Under the pieces are notes generated by a model. The model saw nothing but the letters and a program-made list of their open reading frames with translations, was not told where the DNA came from and searched no databases. Made by a program: the position numbers and the translations under genes. Positions 29,871 to 32,000 of a stretch of 32,000 nucleotides of DNA are shown piece after piece; the first letter of the stretch is position 1; the number at the start of each line of letters is the position of its first letter. Source of the DNA: Candidatus Saccharimonadota bacterium (lineage in GTDB: Bacteria > Patescibacteriota > Gracilibacteria > UBA1369 > 2-02-FULL-48-14); assembly GCA_041661045.1 (NCBI GenBank), contig JBAZVE010000001.1, forward strand, positions 1,110,001 to 1,142,000, in the 5' to 3' direction.

Positions 29871-31016
29871 TTAAGCGCCGGCCGCCCATTCGGTGCTCAG
29901 GTCTCCCGCTTCGCTCTTTTGGCTGTACTTCATTACAATGAGCGTCATGTCATCGAGTTGCGCTTGGCCTTCCATAAATCGTCCCACATCAATAGCAATT
30001 TTTTCAAAAAGATCTTCGGTGCTGATTTCTTTATTCACCTGTTCTTTGAGGAATTTCTGTAAACGGCTCAAAGTGTACTGCTCTCCATTTATGTTTTGAG
30101 CCTCGATGATTCCATCTGAATAGAGCACCACAAAGTCATCGCTTTCCAGTATGATTTTCTTTTCTTGAATAAATGGACTGATGTCCGGGAGCATGCCCAC
30201 GGCAAGTCCTCCGGCACGAATAGCGTCCACCTCTCCGGTGCTTGTTTTAATGTGGATCAAATGCTCGTGCCCGGCTCCAACCCAGTGCAAGGCATGTTCT
30301 TGAGGCACCCATTCCAGGAGCACCATGGTCATGAACATGCTGGGCTTTAGATGGGGCTTTAAATATTGATTGAGGCGAATCAGTGTAGACTTGAGTGTGC
30401 TCTCCAGCTCAATGAAAGTTTCTAAAAGCACATCCACCATCACCATCACAATTCCCGCTGGGATTCCGTGGCCGGTGGAATCTCCAATATAAAGAAGGTT
30501 TCGATCTTCTTTGAGGAAAAAATCGAAAGTGTCGCCGCCAATTTCAGAGGCGGGCCTGGTCTTTGCGGTGATTTTAAGTCCGGGAAACTGTGGGGCGGTT
30601 TTTGGAATCAACATTCGTTGTATGTCTTGTGCCGAACTGAGTTCTTTTTGAATACGCACATGCGTTTTGATGTCTTGGGAAATGTTCTCAAGGTTGCGCG
30701 TCACCTCATTAAAGAAATGAGCTAAAACACCAAGTTCGTTCGTTTTTGAGGTGTATATTTTTCGGTAAGGCTTCCCTGTGAGCAGCGCCTTCATCTCATG
30801 AATGATTTTTGTGAGAGGTCTTTGGATTTTGATGACAAAAATTGCTAAAAAACTCAATACTAAGAAGAGGAGCGCCGCGGGGGCCGCGAACTGCGTGGCG
30901 AGATGGATTGTTCTTTCCAGGAGGAAGAAGAGGCCGAATGCTAAAATTCCGCTTATCAAGCTCGGCAGGAGTATAGACATGAAAATGGAGCGGCGGAGTT
31001 GAGACATCTCTGGCAT
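29871..31016 (-). CDS. Membrane-bound HAMP + PP2C/SpoIIE-family serine phosphatase (RsbU-like)
   Basis: Two N-terminal TM helices. A HAMP-like linker reads IQRPLTKIIHEMKALLTGKPY..ELGVLAHFFNEVTRNL. The PP2C core reads SAQDIQRMLIP..ASEIGGDTFDFF..LYIGDSTGHGIPAGIVM..VVLYSDGIIEA..DDMTLIVM. Confidence 0.9.
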   Translation of the reverse strand: MPEMSQLRRSIFMSILLPSLISGILAFGLFFLLERTIHLATQFAAPAALLFLVLSFLAIFVIKIQRPLTKIIHEMKALLTGKPYRKIYTSKTNELGVLAHFFNEVTRNLENISQDIKTHVRIQKELSSAQDIQRMLIPKTAPQFPGLKITAKTRPASEIGGDTFDFFLKEDRNLLYIGDSTGHGIPAGIVMVMVDVLLETFIELESTLKSTLIRLNQYLKPHLKPSMFMTMVLLEWVPQEHALHWVGAGHEHLIHIKTSTGEVDAIRAGGLAVGMLPDISPFIQEKKIILESDDFVVLYSDGIIEAQNINGEQYTLSRLQKFLKEQVNKEISTEDLFEKIAIDVGRFMEGQAQLDDMTLIVMKYSQKSEAGDLSTEWAAGA

Positions 31017-31040
31017 TATAGCTAAAGTTTTTTAAATCTT

Positions 31041-32000
31041 CTACTGCTTCATTTGTCTGCTGGTCAGCACCTCTTTGATCTTATGTACCTCGTGGTGGGC
31101 GTTTATTTTTTGGTAGAGCTCGTGGAGTAAATGTAAAGACTCCTCCGGTAGGGAAGTCCAGTTGAGGTCCTTTTCTTTTGAAAGTATTTGGTTGATTTTT
31201 TCACTGATCCTCAAGTCCAATGCGTTTTGGAGTAGGGCTCTGAACTGTTTTGGAAATTTAGCCAAAAGACTGAAGGATTTATGAAACCATTCGTGGCTCG
31301 GGTCACTCAAGGCTTCCACGAGATGGGGGATGGTGCTTTCTTCTTCCATTTGTCCAAGCGCCAAAAGCACAGCTTTTTTAATTTCCGGAGAACCATGATT
31401 GAGATGTTTTTTAAGCTCTTCTTTAAAACTCTTTTCTTTTACAAAGCCACAGGCTTCGATGCCTTTTTTTAAGACCTCTTCTTTTGGACTTTCCAACATT
31501 TGCTTGAGGTGATGTCGGAGTTCGTTCCCGAGTGTTTTGAATTGCCATAAGGCGATGATGGAAGCGGCTTTTACCCCTGGATCTCTGCTGCTGAGCTGTC
31601 CTTCCAGGTAAAACTTAAGGTTGGGGTCGTGGAAAAGACTGAGCATTCTTATGAAACTTGCCTTTTGTCTTCCCTCTTTTTTAACGCGTTCCACAAGGAA
31701 TTCCGTTAAGGCGTCTGGGGCCAAGTCATGAAAAACCAGTACCAATTCTTCTCGAATGGCCTCCACTTCTTCCTCATTGAGTCGATTTTTAAGAGCTTCG
31801 ATGACGCGGTATCTTGTAAAAGATTGGTCAATGAGGTGTTCTTTGAGTTTGTGGAAATGGCTTAGGGCCTCAGCGGCGGCGAGTCGCAATCGTTCGTTCT
31901 TGTGATCCAGCATCTCCAAAATACTGGCGATGGAATCAGGGTCTTCTTGAAGCCCGAGTGTGTTCAAAATATCTTCTTTAATGATTTCCGGTTCGCTGCT
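31041..32000 (-). CDS. HEAT/ARM-like helical repeat protein; partial, 5' end off the window
   Basis: The track start at 31967 is a TTG. The frame stays open to position 32000 (checked, no stop), so the gene probably begins outside the window. It contains repeated amphipathic helix pairs such as ERLRLAAAEALSHF, DPGVKAASIIALWQF and SPEIKKAVLLALGQM. Confidence 0.7.
   Translation of the reverse strand, partial: SSEPEIIKEDILNTLGLQEDPDSIASILEMLDHKNERLRLAAAEALSHFHKLKEHLIDQSFTRYRVIEALKNRLNEEEVEAIREELVLVFHDLAPDALTEFLVERVKKEGRQKASFIRMLSLFHDPNLKFYLEGQLSSRDPGVKAASIIALWQFKTLGNELRHHLKQMLESPKEEVLKKGIEACGFVKEKSFKEELKKHLNHGSPEIKKAVLLALGQMEEESTIPHLVEALSDPSHEWFHKSFSLLAKFPKQFRALLQNALDLRISEKINQILSKEKDLNWTSLPEESLHLLHELYQKINAHHEVHKIKEVLTSRQMKQ

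Noticed and set aside
1-32000. Alternative genetic code, with UGA read as Gly or Trp as in some candidate phyla.
   Set aside because: glyQS, cysS, murC, the LCP gene and the ATPase gene are all full length and collinear under the standard code, and several genes end in TGA at sensible positions.

Overview
This is a gene-dense 32-kb chromosomal segment with about 33 protein genes and 4 tRNAs. It uses the standard code; UGA behaves as a stop and the housekeeping genes are intact. All family calls come from reading motifs in the translations. No homology search, HMM search or folding program was run.

My guess, as inference only, is a small-genome uncultivated bacterium of the CPR/Patescibacteria type. 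The supporting signs are short housekeeping proteins, many TrmB-type regulators, almost no Shine-Dalgarno sequences, an LCP enzyme and a sortase-type surface protein.

Housekeeping anchors:
- glyQS, cysS and murC
- an RluA-family pseudouridine synthase
- an FtsB/DivIC-like protein and yggT
- a DnaQ-like exonuclease and a rhodanese
- tRNA-Val, tRNA-Leu, initiator tRNA-Met and a second CAT tRNA, all with encoded CCA

The accessory content is more interesting:
1. At 26.0-29.9 kb, a PKD-7TM membrane protein is translationally coupled to one polypeptide that fuses a RimK-related ATP-grasp ligase to a DUF1704/MATCAP-type HExxxH metallopeptidase. It sits beside a 731-aa NPETG-anchored surface protein and a HEAT plus HAMP-PP2C pair.
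2. At 18.2-18.4 kb, a 59-nt tandem repeat creates a chain of mini-ORFs. Each is joined to the next by an ATGA stop/start overlap, and the last runs into the exonuclease start codon.
3. At 2.6-10.8 kb there is a regulator-dense block. It holds four TrmB-type genes, a sigma-region-4/HARE-HTH protein and an OmpR-type protein with a degenerate receiver. It includes a divergent TrmB/orphan pair with a perfect palindromic operator candidate.
4. A VirD4/TraG-like ATPase overlaps an LCP gene.
5. A 378-codon cysteine-rich repeat ORF at the left edge is absent from the supplied ORF track.
6. The initiator tRNA has U1:A72 and a near-consensus promoter only 5 nt from its mature 5' end.
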